From: Octopus sinensis
Lineage: Eukaryota
Direction of reading: 5' to 3'
DNA: 64,000 nucleotides
NCBI RefSeq assembly: GCF_006345805.1
Contig: NC_043018.1
Coordinates: 1,736,001 to 1,800,000, forward strand
Shown: one piece after another, positions 38,621 to 53,217 of the stretch
How positions within the stretch are numbered: the first letter of the stretch is position 1
Layout: every line of letters begins with the position of its first letter
The notes under the pieces: model-generated
What the model was told of the DNA's origin: nothing
Databases searched by the model: none
The model's input: only the letters and a program-made list of their open reading frames with translations
Translations under genes and position numbers: made by a program

Positions 38621-40026
38621 AAAAATGGCAACTGAATTTTCCTCATATAACACACTAGCAACTTAAAAAAATATATGCAAGAGCAGATTGGTTTATGTCG
38701 TTAGAGATAACGTTGAAGTGACAGAGATTGAAGAAGAGGCAGAAGGGAAAAGAAAGTTTCTTGTTAGTAAGTATTCATTACACACAAGAATTTGAATGAA
38801 AGTTGCCCATTTCTCCATCTTTGATGCAGCCAAATAAATAACCATTTCGTAGAAGCGCAAGATGCAGAAGAAACGTAGTTAAACTCTAAGTTTAAAATGA
38901 AGTCTTATGTGGACACATCAAACAAGAGAGCGAGAGATAACGATAGACAGCGAGAGCGAGAGAAAGAGAGAGAGAGTGAGAGAGAGAGAGAGAGAGACAG
39001 AGACAGAGAGAGAGACAGAGAGAGAGACAGAGAGAGACAGAGAGAGACAGAGACAGAGGGAGACAGAGAGACAAATCGAATGAGAGCAGGAGAAAGAAAG
39101 GGAAAAAAATGTCGGTTGAGTTCAGAAACTAAGTAGCGTAGTGTGGAAAAGATGGCTGTACGATGTTTAGCAATTCCTGTAGGTATGGAAGTTGTGCAGC
39201 TTTAAATTACAATCGTTAATTATGATTGACGCTCACTAATAGGATAGATTAGAAGCAATCTGTCGTACGACACATTCACTTAAAATGGTTGACCTTCATT
39301 TTAGAACATATAACATGTCTTGGCTGATTTTCTTCAGACAGTTTACAAAACATTTGAAGGAGAAATCTTTCGGTTTTACAAGGTGACGATCTGATGAAGT
39401 GTCATGTTTTATTTGTCTTCTCTTACACTTGAGATTAGCTTTTTATTGGTTTTGAACAAAACCTCAACAGATAAAAATATACTAGTAGTAGTAATAGCAG
39501 TGTTGCTACATTATAAAAAGAAGCAGACTGCAAGTTCAGTGATCAGACAGTTGGAAGATATGGTTGAACGATAGAAACAGTTTAATAAAATTCGCAAAAT
39601 AAGATAAGTTAGTGTGCCGTGAGGCGAGGTGAGTTGTGAGAGATATCAGGAATCTTCAGGTCAATGTCTGAATGCAAAAAAAAAAAGAGAAGAAAACCAA
39701 AACAGGCGAGGGAAGGGAAGAAGCGAGGCCGAGTGGGCGGGTGGGTCCTGGAAACAAGATTCTTGCAATAGGACAAATTCTGTTAAAAGAACCCCAAAAC
39801 AAGGTCGTACTGTTAAACTAGCTGGATCTTGTGTTAGGGCTACCACTGAAGGACCTGGTAATCGTATCAAAATAGGGGTCGTGTAACAACTGCGAATCAT
39901 GTAGTTTGTGGTGTTAAACTCTGTGTGTGTGTGAGTGTGTGTGTGCGTGTGTGTGTGTGCATGTGTGTATACATATACATACATATAAGTTTGTCTTCGT
40001 ATTTCATGTTTACATTTTGTGAAGTA

Positions 40027-40066
<40 letters not shown>

Positions 40067-40227
40067 TTAAAATTACTAAGTCTCTCTAAAGGAGATTACG
40101 GCAGCGTTACTGGAAATTAATAGTTATCGCCATACTTATATGGCAGTCTTATAAATATAAGACTAAAGCTGTCGCTGATTAGCTCCATGAGGCCACCGCC
40201 TCAAGCTAGCTATTTGGGTCTGACTAC

Positions 40228-40270
40228 GCTGCATTGATAAAGGGCAAATACCCTGAAACATGTTTGCAGC
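40228..40270 (+). ncRNA. Type I hammerhead ribozyme motif, U3-A8 variant core
   Basis: GCUGCA-UUGAUAA-AGGG(CAAAUA)CCCU-GAAAC(AU)GUU-UGCAGC; perfect 6-bp stem I, palindromic ACAUGU stem III. Confidence 0.75.
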
Positions 40271-40519
40271 TGTCTGACTGGCAGGATGAAGCGGCTGACC
40301 TCCCCTGTTCGAAGGTTTATAATGGACGCAAGTTTTGTGTCAAATAGCTAGCTTGAGGCGGTGGCCTCATGGAGCTAATCAGCGATAGCTTTAGTCTTAT
40401 ATTTATAAGACTGCCATATAAGTATGGCGATAACTATTAATATATATATATATATGTAAAAATGAAATACGAAGACAAACTTATATGTATGTATATGTAT
40501 ACACACATGCACACACACG

Positions 40520-40558
<39 letters not shown>

Positions 40559-41721
40559 CTACATGCGTGTGTGTGTATGCCTTTGTGTGTGTGTGTTGTG
40601 TTTGCTTCTCACCACCGCTTGACAACCGGAGCTGGCTTGTTTCCGTCTCCATGACTTAGTGGTTCGGCAAAATTGACCGACCGAATAAGTACTGGTGTCG
40701 GCCGGCGGTGGGTGTGGGGAGATATCCTGAAATATGGCATATACGCCCATTATCAATTTTTCATATTCAGTCACATTGTTGCTTGCATCAGGCGCCGCGA
40801 ATACGGAGCACCATAAAATCAGTGCAGGCTATGATTTCTATAGTAAAATCTGTAGAGAGAACCTTAACAAGTGATATAAGAGCACTGCTAACACAGAAGA
40901 ACACAACATTGACTTATGAAAACGCTTAATATACTTTGTAGTATATTATGAGTACAGAATGCTGAAGGGCAATAAAGGAGGAGTTTCAGCTGTAAGAGAT
41001 TTAGGTGTCATTCGTTGCTATTTTTAGCATGTTGTTCGATCTTGTAAATGGTCTCTTATTGTGCCATTGTCTCTAACTCTGATATTAGATTGTCTTCAGC
41101 TTTATCTGTTTATATGCAGGCACTGGAACACAGCTCGAAAGGAAAATGTTGTCTCTTAAAGAAATATCGAAATAGAAACTGGTTTTATAACACGGTCATG
41201 CATTCGTTTTCATTAAAGTAATTCTATATTCAAGGGAAACAACTCATATGTATGCATGCATGTATGTATATATGTATACACATTCATACACACACATACA
41301 CACACATAGGTGAAATGAGTTTCATTATAAACTGTCAAATGGAGAACATTACGGCAAATTAGCGGCCACCAAAATAAAATGGCGAATTAAAGCTTGAGAT
41401 TATCTCAAGAAAACGAACAAAAATATCAAATATACATTATTACATATAAACGTAATTTGATTATTTTGCAAAATGGTGGATATCGCGACAAATCAACGAA
41501 TATACGTAATAAAGGTTATTTGATTATTTCTGTTTTGTTCAAGTTAAGCTTCAATTCGACATTTTATTGTGTCGTCTGCTATTCTGTCGTGATGTCTATC
41601 ATTTTGCTGTGATGTTGACTGTTTACAGATTACTTTGAAAAATCAAAATCAAACCAACAAACAACCGAAACAAGAACAAGGAACAAAGACCAAAGCAGTA
41701 AAATAGCAAAGAAGTCCTCAC

Positions 41722-42038
41722 CTGGAGCTCAAATATCGTGGTCCCAAAGTCGGTATCCCTGGTAACACCAACACTCATTTTCTTCCTACGGTATTTGGGT
41801 GGGTTATCATTGATGTCAGTTATTACAACCTGAACCCAAAGATAAGAGGTTTCCTTGATTTCTCGTGTGTAAAAGTCCTCTGGATGCAGAGCAACCCCCC
41901 TAAGTTTGTGCTGGAAACATGTATTGGTGGCATTAATCAAAAGATTCACGCTACTGTGTTTTTCTCGGTCAATTCTCCTTTGGATGTATAAACCTCCGGA
42001 CGTCTGATTCAACCAGAAATAATCAACCATCTCACCAC
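41722..42038 (-). CDS. Cadherin exon 7: GGEMVDYF...IDRE...DINDNPPKY...TIFELQ
   Basis: tgatag acceptor, CAG|gtgagg donor, 317 nt phase 1->0. Confidence 0.95.
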
Positions 42039-42101
42039 CTATCAAAAATACACACGTGAAACAAAAACGAGTTATTTATTTATTTATTTATTTATTCATT
42101 C

Positions 42102-42165
<64 letters not shown>

Positions 42166-42292
42166 GACGTCGCACAGTGTACAGTATCGTGAGGTTGTTG
42201 CTTGAAGATATTGTGTCTAATGGAGGTTTGTACTGTTTGTCAAGTCACAACAAGGATCTCAGACAGCTTGCTTCTCAACCTTATTATCATTA

Positions 42293-42355
<63 letters not shown>

Positions 42356-42585
42356 GTATATTTTTTTTCTTTTACTTGTTTCAATCATTGTTTATTGTCC
42401 TAAAATTTTCGTTGCGTCTTGCAACCTTTTCAATAGTTTTGAATAGAGTCAAAACTATTGAAAAGGTTGCAAGACGCAACGAAAAGTTTAGGACAATAAA
42501 AATAAGGACAAAAGTGGAAATTTTACCGGTGAGTGTGTTACATAATAAGGCACAAAAAGAAAATGACTCTCCCCAGACACAACAG

Positions 42586-42623
<38 letters not shown>

Positions 42624-42849
42624 AGTAAAATATATCACTACTCCTACTAACATCACAACTTTCAGTCTACCACACCACTATACTACAGCCCAAACTAACA
42701 AACCTAACCGTGGCGATCGGTCCCCACCTCTACTCACTATTACCACAACAACTATGAGTACAACCACTGCAAGCACCCCACCTCCTTTCGTTCCTATATA
42801 CATATATACCAACTAATAGCCTCGTTCCCAGAGTGCAGACTTTACTCAC

Positions 42850-43081
42850 CTATAATATAATAACAAATGACGGAGTTTTCCTCGCTGTCTTTGTCCTCGG
42901 CAATAGCTACACTTCCAACATAAGCCGTCTGGCTCTCTTCAGGTCCGTACAGCTTGTAAGGAAACGGGTATTTCTTGCGGTTAAATTCTGGCGCATTATC
43001 GTTCGAATCTTGTATTTCAATGTGAAGAGTCGTCGTTACAGCACGGGGCGGTTTTCCCGAATCTGTAGCTTTGATATGAAG
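42850..43081 (-). CDS. Cadherin exon 6: LHIKATDSGKPP...DSNDNAPEF...SVICYYII
   Basis: catcag acceptor, G|gtgagt donor, 232 nt phase 0->1. Confidence 0.95.
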
Positions 43082-43330
43082 CTGATGAAAAAAGATAAAT
43101 TGGAAAAAAAAATGAAATGACAAGATGAAATGACAAGATAAAAGCTTGCACTGATAAGAGAATAAAACGAAGGGAAATTTACGTCAGTATATCTCAATCA
43201 TATTTTATGTTTGGGGTCTTTGGTTCGTGTTTTACTCAGATGGACCCTCAAACCATTCGATGTTTTAAAAATCCTATTATATTTTTATAACTAAATATTA
43301 TTAGGAATTGTGTAGAAAAATTGCGTATTG

Positions 43331-43900
43331 TATTGGGTTGTCCGGAAAGTTCGACTCGATTTCTTGTAGCTTACCTTTCGACTTATTTTAGAACATGGTT
43401 GAGTCCATAAAATAGGATTTGATTACACCTCCATTTAGAGCACAGTTTAAGCTATCTTCTCGTGGAAGAAGGTTTATGTTCCTATAACCTGTGTTAATTT
43501 TGTAACCCTTTAAAATGGAATATAAGAAAGCTCATTTTCGGCACTTGATACTTTGGGAACCAGACAAAAATTGCTGCAGCTCGGCTGGGATGTGTTACCC
43601 CACCCTCCATATTCACCAGAAATTGCTCCTTCGGATTTCCACTTATTCAGGTCTCTGCAGAATAATCTTAATGGTAAAAATTTCAATTCCTAGGATGACG
43701 TAAGAAGATACCTTGAGGAATTTTTTGCCATGAAGCCACCTCAATTCTGGGAAGAGGGCATTTTCAAGTTAAAGGAAAGATGGAGACGCATTGTGCAACA
43801 AAATGGTTTGTATTTGGTTGATTAAAAATGTAATGGTAAGTATTTATTGACCTTTTTCTTTCCTTTAAAAATCGGCACGAACTTTCCGGACAACCCAATA
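43331..43900 (+). mobile_element. Internally deleted mariner with both TIRs and TA duplication
   Basis: TA-TTGGGTTGTCCGGAAAGTTCG ... CGAACTTTCCGGACAACCCAA-TA; MEYKKAHFRHLIL fused out of frame to LGWDVLPHPPYSPEIAPSDFHLFRSLQN...KERWRRIV. Confidence 0.9.
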
Positions 43901-44519
43901 AGAATTGTTGGAGATGTCTTTTCATAAATCACATGCTAACATATTATATAAAGTGTTGGCACATAAGGTGTTGTTGCATGTCATCTGAATACGAGGAGGA
44001 TTGGGTATAGTGCTTAGTGCAGGACTTGAGGTGAAACATAATATGGATGTCGGAGGATGGAGAGAAGAGCGTTTGAGGTAGGGTTGAAAGGGGTCGAAAA
44101 ATGGCGGACATCTGGACGAAAAGGTTGACGTTAAGACAAAATGATAGATATCAGGATGTAATAGTGGACAACAGGACATAATGGCGGATTCTCAATAAAA
44201 GGGGTCGACATTAAAACAAAATGGTAGACGTCAGAATATAAATGTTAGAATCGAAACTTAACGTCATGAAAATAAAATTGGAATACAGGAAATCCATATA
44301 AAAAAATAATCAAAAACACAAAAAGAACAAAAAGCAAAAGACAGCTACGTAAACAAACAAAAGTTCAAGACTAATTTTCTTTTACCGTATTGTACTCGAT
44401 CAACGCTTCGATAATTTAAGGACAAGTTAGTTTCAGATTTTTACGATCGTAAACTGGGTGTTAGCCTAATTATTTTGCTAATAAATCTTCTTTTAATTAG
44501 TAAAGCTCATTTAACTCAC

Positions 44520-44702
44520 CGTGTATGATTTCTGTAACTCACGGTCGAGGAAGTTGCGTGTGGTCAACATGCCAGTGGTTTGATCTAAATCAAATTTCTG
44601 CCAGTCAGCGTCCCTGAGTAGGAAATATCTAACTTCTCCGTTGTAACCATGGTCTTCATCCGTGGCGTTAACCTGCATGACAACCGAGCCAGGGCCTCCC
44701 CC
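44520..44702 (-). CDS. Cadherin exon 5: GGGPGSVVMQVNATDEDHG...FLDRELQKSYT
   Basis: tttcag acceptor, ACG|gtgagt donor, 183 nt phase 0->0. Confidence 0.95.
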
Positions 44703-45015
44703 CTGAAAAATAAAAAAAAGAAACAACGCATAGAAGCATAAGATAAAAGAAAAATAACGCTTGATTAGTTCACAGTAGAGTCAAATATTGGTTTCAAATT
44801 TTGGCACAAGGCCAGTAATTTTTGAGGAGGTGCAAGTCGATTACACCGACTCCAGTGCTCCACTGGTACTTATTTTAACGACTTCCGAAAGGATGAAAGG
44901 CAAAGCCCAATATGGCGGCATTTGGACTCAGAAGGAAGAGTCGGAAGAAATCCTTTCTACTATAGTCAAAAGGCCTGAAATTGTGTCTATCTGCCTGTTT
45001 GTCTGCCCGTCAGTG

Positions 45016-45052
<37 letters not shown>

Positions 45053-45514
45053 AATCTATCTATCTCTATTTGTATATGTACACATACATGCACACACACA
45101 CACATGCACACACACATACACATGCACACACATGCACACACACATACACACACACATGCACACACACATACACACACACATGCACACACACATACACACA
45201 CACATGCACACACACATACACACACATGCACACACACATACACACACATGCACACACACATACACACACACATGCACACACACATGCACACACACACACA
45301 CACAGACACACACACACAGACACACACACATACACACACACATGCACACACACATACATGCACACACACACACACACAATTGTTTGTACAGACGATGCTA
45401 CTTAAAACACTCGTCATGTAAATGTCATCATCGTCGATAAACAAAAATTTCCAGTGCTTTGAATGTTACTTATGTGGTGTGCACTTCTTCACTGCGTTTT
45501 AGGCCGGTGCGAAC

Positions 45515-45557
<43 letters not shown>

Positions 45558-45574
45558 ACACACACACACACACA

Positions 45575-45610
<36 letters not shown>

Positions 45611-46834
45611 CACACACATACACATGTATATGCAGATAATATAGTAAATTCGTTTCTGGTATCTTAGACAGAATAAATGTTTCTATGTAAATTGCAGCAC
45701 TTCTATAACATACGATGCACACATAATTACACACACTCACAGACATACACACACACGCGCTATTATACACACCCACACATAACCACAAACAATTACACAC
45801 AGAGATTCTCACGTAATTGTATTCGAAACGTTACTGTTAATTACTGCAATAACACACAGACACACACATAGACGCACAGACGCAGGCACATACTAAGAAA
45901 TTTATATATGTATATGTATGTGTGTGTGTGTGTATGTGTGTATATATATTTTCTGTGGTCGTCATTAAAGAAAATAAAAGGTTAATGGAATAGAATGTAC
46001 AATCGATTAGTTATTTAGTTTTTCATTTAAAGTTGTTGAGTACAGAAAAATAAAATTATAAAAATTTCTTTCAGTGTTGAAGATATTGAATAGAGCAGAA
46101 AAAATGGGTATATAATATCCTATTGTATGTACGTATGTACGTACGTACGTATGTATGTATGTATGTATGTATGTATGTATGTATGTATGTATGTATGTAT
46201 GTATGTATGTATGTATGTATGTATGTATGTATATTTGTATGTATGCATATTTGTATGTATGTATGTATGTATGTATGTACACTTTCAAGTGCTACTGGTA
46301 ACATGTAACCCAGTACAACCTGTTGCATGGTCGGGTCGTCGGCGACTAAAGCGGCAACCCCACCAAGCTTTCTTGGTGAGGAGGGTGTTTATTGGACACC
46401 CTGCGAGATGAAAAACAAAACCCGTCAAAGGGCAGAGGAACTCTTGAGAGTCAACGGCCATCCAATAAATGTCTTAAGGCTTTATCATGCGCAGGACATA
46501 GAAATAATCGGACTGAATACCCGATCACGCGGTTAAACCATTGGGAGTGAAGGACTCCTAGCCTTTGTTAGGGCATCCTTCTAGGAGAAGGCAACTCAGG
46601 TAACTGGGATAACTCCGACATAAAAGCTGCGGCTCAGTGGTTACCGATGATGTCGACTTGTTCTTCTTTTCGGATTATGGCTACCGTTGCTTAGTGAGTG
46701 AGATTGACGCAGTGCACAGCCTTTCCTCACTTTAAAAAAAAATGTTCTTGCACAGGCATTGCACAATAACAACATTGATAAGCTTCGTACAATGGCCATA
46801 CTCGATAACGAGGGGGCAACCACCATGTATGTAC

Positions 46835-46878
<44 letters not shown>

Positions 46879-46913
46879 TATATATATATAAATATATTAT
46901 ATGTATATATATG

Positions 46914-46956
<43 letters not shown>

Positions 46957-46960
46957 ATAT

Positions 46961-47015
<55 letters not shown>

Positions 47016-47441
47016 ACAAAGATGTCAAGGTATTAGTGCATTACGGCCATTCAGGCGATACCATATAATCGAACAATGCAAGCATTGCATCAATATGAAA
47101 TTCACCGCCGTCTTCGGATGCATAATATAGGTTTCAACATACAGTATACTCCATTATAATTTCTGGCTGAGTGAATTGTGTCATGGTGCTTTTTTTCTCA
47201 CAGACGGTGCCCAATTGATCCTGTTATACTGTATAGTCGACAAAATAATAATCAACGTACATGCGCGAAATTAAAAAAAGAGAATAAGTCCTGTGGTCGA
47301 TTTGTTCGACTAAATGCGTTGCTCCAGCATCGCCGCAGTCAAATGACTGAAACAAGTGAAAGAATAAAACAAAAAAAAGAATACAACACACACAGAGACA
47401 TGGGAGTGGTTTTTGATAAACGAAACTGAAAGAAGCCCGTC

Positions 47442-47512
<71 letters not shown>

Positions 47513-47786
47513 TATTTATACGTATATATATGTATGTGTATATGTTTATGTGTCTGTATTTCTCCCCTCTGCCACTATCGCTTGACAACCGATGCTGGTG
47601 TGTTTACGTCACCGCAAATTAGCGGTTCGGCAAAAGAGACCGGTAGAATAAGTACTAGAAGTACAATGAATAAGACCCAAAGTCCTAGAGTCGACTTGTT
47701 CGACTAAAGGCAGTGCTCCATCATATCCGCAGTCAAATGACAAACAAATAAAAGAATATAAGAATAAAAGAATATATATATGTATA

Positions 47787-47817
<31 letters not shown>

Positions 47818-48100
47818 ATAAATTCTTCCTATGACCTTAAACGATACTAAGCCCAACCATACACATAGATAAACAGCCACAACCACACACACACACAAAC
47901 ACATGCTATCATTACACACACACACAGACCTGCGCGCACGCACATACCCACACATACGTCCTTCTCCTGCATTCTCCTATCTTTGAAAGAACTTTTTCTT
48001 CACCCATTTCCTTCCGGTCATTTCAATATGTGACCGCGTGTGTATCGTTGGCGCGTTTCTTTCTCCGTCTTCCCTTCCTTGGACTTTTCCTATTTTCTAT

Positions 48101-48135
48101 TTTTCTGACGAAGAGCTCCGCTCGAAACGTTGAAT
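48101..48135 (+). ncRNA. Minimal hammerhead motif in a ~200-bp repeat (family E)
   Basis: CUGACGA-A-GAGC(UCC)GCUC-GAAAC-GUU; weak stem I; sister copies with CCGACGA at 23122-23156 and 53304-53338. Confidence 0.55.
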
Positions 48136-48690
48136 CCTTCTTCTTTCTTTCCTTTCTGAGCGTCCAATAACACTATACTTGTTCCACGTTGTGTTTTCTC
48201 TTTGTTCATGTTGGATTAAACTATATATATATATATATTATATATATATATATATATAATATATATAATGTATAAATAAAAATGTATATGTACTGCTCGT
48301 ATTCAGTTTTCTCTCACTATAACTGTTTCATGGTAATCCACATAGATCGATACACTATACATTGCTGTGTGTAGTTGTATGAACCATTAAACGTAAAATT
48401 CTCCCGGAGGAAATTTGTTTGTTACTGATAAAGTTTTAATGACAAAATGTGAAATTTGTTTAAAATGAAGACCAAATGGGTAATTTGGCACCAATTATCT
48501 GGTAATTACAGCACTGGAATATCAAAATTGGCAATCAGAAATTTAAATGTAACTAAAATATTTATCGTGTTATTTTCAGATTTTTATGCTGATTGGAACA
48601 TCGCTTAAATATATACAAAGTATATATTTATATATTATATACATACATAAATACATATATAATACACATGCATATATATATATGTACACA

Positions 48691-48750
<60 letters not shown>

Positions 48751-49216
48751 GGAATAAATTATAAATACACATACCTGTGTTTATATAAGCATTTATGTAT
48801 GTATGCATGTACCTGTATTTATCCTAATTTTAGTTACATATATACATGCACAGAAATATATGCATATATATATATTTAAACATGTTTATATCTATCTATC
48901 TATTTATCTATCTATCTACATATATGTATATGCATTGTGTAAAATATATATGTATATATATATAATTGTAAATTTATGTGTATGTAAATATTCATACACA
49001 CATTTATACATACATACATACAAAGATATTTGTGTGTGTGTGTATGTGCGCGTGTGCATATGAGTTTGTGTGTGTATAGGTATATGATGTCTGATGACAG
49101 TACGCCAGTTGAACCTTCCAAATCACTGTTAACTCTTTCGTTATCATAATTAATAGGTATTCTACTAAAAATTAGTAAGTTATTCATCAGTTTCACCTGA
49201 AATTGTTCTTATATCT

Positions 49217-49253
<37 letters not shown>

Positions 49254-49415
49254 ATCTATCTATCTATCTATCTATCTATCGTTCTATCTATCTATCTATC
49301 TATCTATCATCTATCTATTATCTACCTACCTACCTACCTACCTACCTACCTATCTATCTATCTATCTATCTATCATCTATCTATCTATCTACCTACCTAC
49401 CTCCTACCTACCTAC

Positions 49416-49507
<92 letters not shown>

Positions 49508-50285
49508 TTATCTATATGTCTATCTATGCATGTGTATGTATGTATATATATGTATTTACACACATACGCACACATTTATGTATACACACATATATCTATG
49601 CATGTATAAATGTATACGTATATATATATAATATATATATACTTATATATATACTTACATATATATAATTATATGTATCTTATACATAGATACATACATA
49701 CATACATACATACATACATACATACATACATACACACATACATACATATACATACATACATACATACATACATACATACACACATACATACATACATACA
49801 TACATACATACATACATACATACAAACAAATGAATACATATAACAAAGATTATTTCAAATGTTGCAGAAGTCTAATAATTAGAGCCAATCTTTAAATTTT
49901 CCAATTGCAATACCTGAGAATTCTTCAAATGATGCTTAAATCGGTTGTAGTTTTAACATAAATACTATCTTATTTTTATACTATATACATTTGATAAAAT
50001 AATTGGCAGCAAATACGTTTAGCCCAATTACTGGGCTAAAGTTAGAACGAACTTAAATACATTTTATTTTGATAAACACAATGAATTTATTTATTTACTT
50101 GCTGTGTGTTGTTCTACATAATTATCGTCACTCGTGTATCGTCAATATTATATAATGCTTAATATTCCCAGAGAATTAACATATGTTTCTTACAACTGGT
50201 CCCAATTTCAGTTACGTCTGGCTCAGCGATTATCCTATGTACATATATGTGTGTATAAATATTTACATACACATAAATTTACAAT

Positions 50286-50427
<142 letters not shown>

Positions 50428-50959
50428 GTTACACAATGTATATCCATATATATGTAGATAGATGGTTAGATATAAACCTAAGGCGTAGGAGTGGCTGTGT
50501 GGCAAGTAGGTTGCTTACGAACCACATGATTCCGGGTTCAGTCCCACTGCGTAGCATCTTAGGCAAGTGTCCTCTTCTATACTTTCGAGCCGACTAATAC
50601 CTTGCGTGTGAATTTTGATGGAGGAAATTTTATGGAAGCCCATTCTGTATGCACGCACACACACACAGTTAGGTTACGATCGTGAGGTTGTGAGTTCGAA
50701 TCCCGGACTGGGCTGCATGTTTTGCTCTTGAGCAAGATACTTTATTTCACGTTGCTCCAGTTCACTCAGCTGTAGAAATGAGTTGCGACGTCACAGGTGC
50801 CAAGCTGTATCGGTCCCTTTGCCTTTCCCTCGGACGTGGAGAGGGGAGACTGGTAAGCATGGGTGACTGCTGGTGTTCCTGGGAGGGTAACTTTCTAGGT
50901 ACAATCCCATGGTCAGTCATGCGAAGGGGGTCTCAGCATATATATATATATTATATATA

Positions 50960-51005
<46 letters not shown>

Positions 51006-51014
51006 AATGTGTAT

Positions 51015-51068
<54 letters not shown>

Positions 51069-51936
51069 CATACGTTTGTATGTGTTTGTGTTTCTGGCTT
51101 CCCCCACTGTTTGACAACCAATGTTAGCTAGAGGTTCATCAAAAGAGATCAACACAATAATATGTACCAGGCTTTAGAAAATAAATACTGGGATCAATTT
51201 GTTCGACTATAACTCTTCGAGGCGGTGCCACAGCATGGCCGCAATCCAATGATCGAAACAAGTGAGAGATAAAGTAATGTAAGCAGAAGCTTGTTCAGGA
51301 GTGTTTGAGGAAGATTAACGATTAGGTCATGCATGCGAGTCTTCTCTCTTTGCGCCACCGGTGTTCGCTGTAATGAAAACGTACTGACTTGGGGCCGATA
51401 CGGCTTTAGCACCAGCTTCGTTGCAAGCGTTGCTTTCAGAATGCGAAGATCCGGATTAGATACCGTGAGGAACCTTGCCAATCCACCGACCTCGATTGAT
51501 ATTTCTTTTCATTGACTCTTAGAGTATAAATATCAAAATTGACCTCGGCGGGATTTGAACTCAGAATGTAGAGTGCATCAGATCGAATTCGTTAACGACA
51601 CTGCCATTTCGCTGATTTCGTTGAATGTAACTGTATTAAATTATTGGGTGAAAGGTTGACAATGAAGGCAATCTATTCCAGCAGATCCCTTTACGATATA
51701 AACTCACTTTCAATGGGGAACTGGAAAAAATCAATAATGAAACTGTCAAACTGGAAAAATTAATTTCCAATGAAATGAGAAATATTTCCTGTTTGATTAA
51801 AAAAAAAAAATTATATAATCCAAAAAAAAAAAAAAATATAATTAACATTTAAAATGTTAAAATGATGAAGACAAAAAAAAACAACAAACAAACAAGAAAA
51901 TCTAATTCGGAAAAGTAAAAGAATTACATTAGTTAC

Positions 51937-52455
51937 CTCGGGTATCAACAGTTTAACTCCTTCCACGGGGTAAACAAATTTAGGGTTATGTAAGTTAACA
52001 TCAAGGACTTCAAAGTAAACTTTCATCTTGGCACTCTGACGCGGATTTCCTGAATCCGTAGCAATAACAGTGATATTATGCATTCCAATTTTATCTTTGA
52101 GGCTTCGGTTAATTTTCATTTTGCCTTTCATGTTGCTAATACGAAACAGGCCTCTGTCGGCGTGGTTCGTTTCTAGCGTGTAGATGACTTTGCCATTGAT
52201 ACCTTCGTCGGCGTCCGTTGCTTTCACTGTATATACTTCCGAACCGACTGGTTCGACTTCCTGTAGTTGCACCAATGGATGTCCCGTCTGTGTGAATACG
52301 GGCACGTTGTCGTTTACATCGATCACATTTACTGTTATCCGTTCGTGGCTGGAGCGTTGTTTGTTTGGGTTTTGTTTGTTGTCTTTAGCGATAATACCCA
52401 TCGTGAACGTAGAGCGGCTCTCCCTGTCGATGGTGCCGGAAACGGTGATCTCCCC
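51937..52455 (-). CDS. Cadherin exon 4: GEITVSGTIDRE...DVNDNVPVF...DVNLHNPKF...LLIPE
   Basis: tttcag acceptor, GAG|gtaact donor, 519 nt phase 0->0; cadherin motifs. Confidence 0.95.
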
Positions 52456-52567
52456 CTGAAAATAAATATTTCGTCATTTTAATTATCTACACAATGAAAC
52501 AAATACATACGTACGTACGTATGTATGTATGTATGTATGTATGTATGTATGTATGTATGTATGTATG

Positions 52568-52598
<31 letters not shown>

Positions 52599-52845
52599 TT
52601 ATGTATGTCTTTATGTCTTTATGTATGTATGTATGTATGTATGTATGTGTCTTTATGTATGTATGTGTGTATGTATGTATGTAGGTAGGTATGTATGCAT
52701 GTATATAAGAATGTATGTATGCATGTATGTATGTATGTATGTATATATGTATGTATGTATGTCTTTATGTATGAATGTATGTATGTATGTATGTATGTAT
52801 GTATGTATGTCTGTATGTATTTATGTATGTCTTTATGTATGTATG

Positions 52846-52876
<31 letters not shown>

Positions 52877-53181
52877 GTATGTATCTACGAATGTATGTTG
52901 AAGGCATGTGAAATATGGAATTACAGTCGGGAAATCAATACTTGTCATCGTCACAAATGGAGGAAACAAGTGAAGGAAGGAATTGGGTATTTTGGGAAAA
53001 AGAAACACGCATTGTCATACAGAATATAAGCGAGCTGCTGGGAAACGCATCACCACTGTAGTGAATGAGGGAAGCCTGATTTGCAACCCCAGCGGACGTA
53101 TATACTCATCAAGAGCTGGGCACATTAAATATACATTATATACATTTGAGTATAAATATATACATACATACATACATAAAT

Positions 53182-53217
<36 letters not shown>

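Noticed and set aside
40790-40850. tctctctacag acceptor followed by a short frame
   Set aside because: Wrong phase for the exon 7 donor, stops in the required frame, and exons 7-8 join cleanly.
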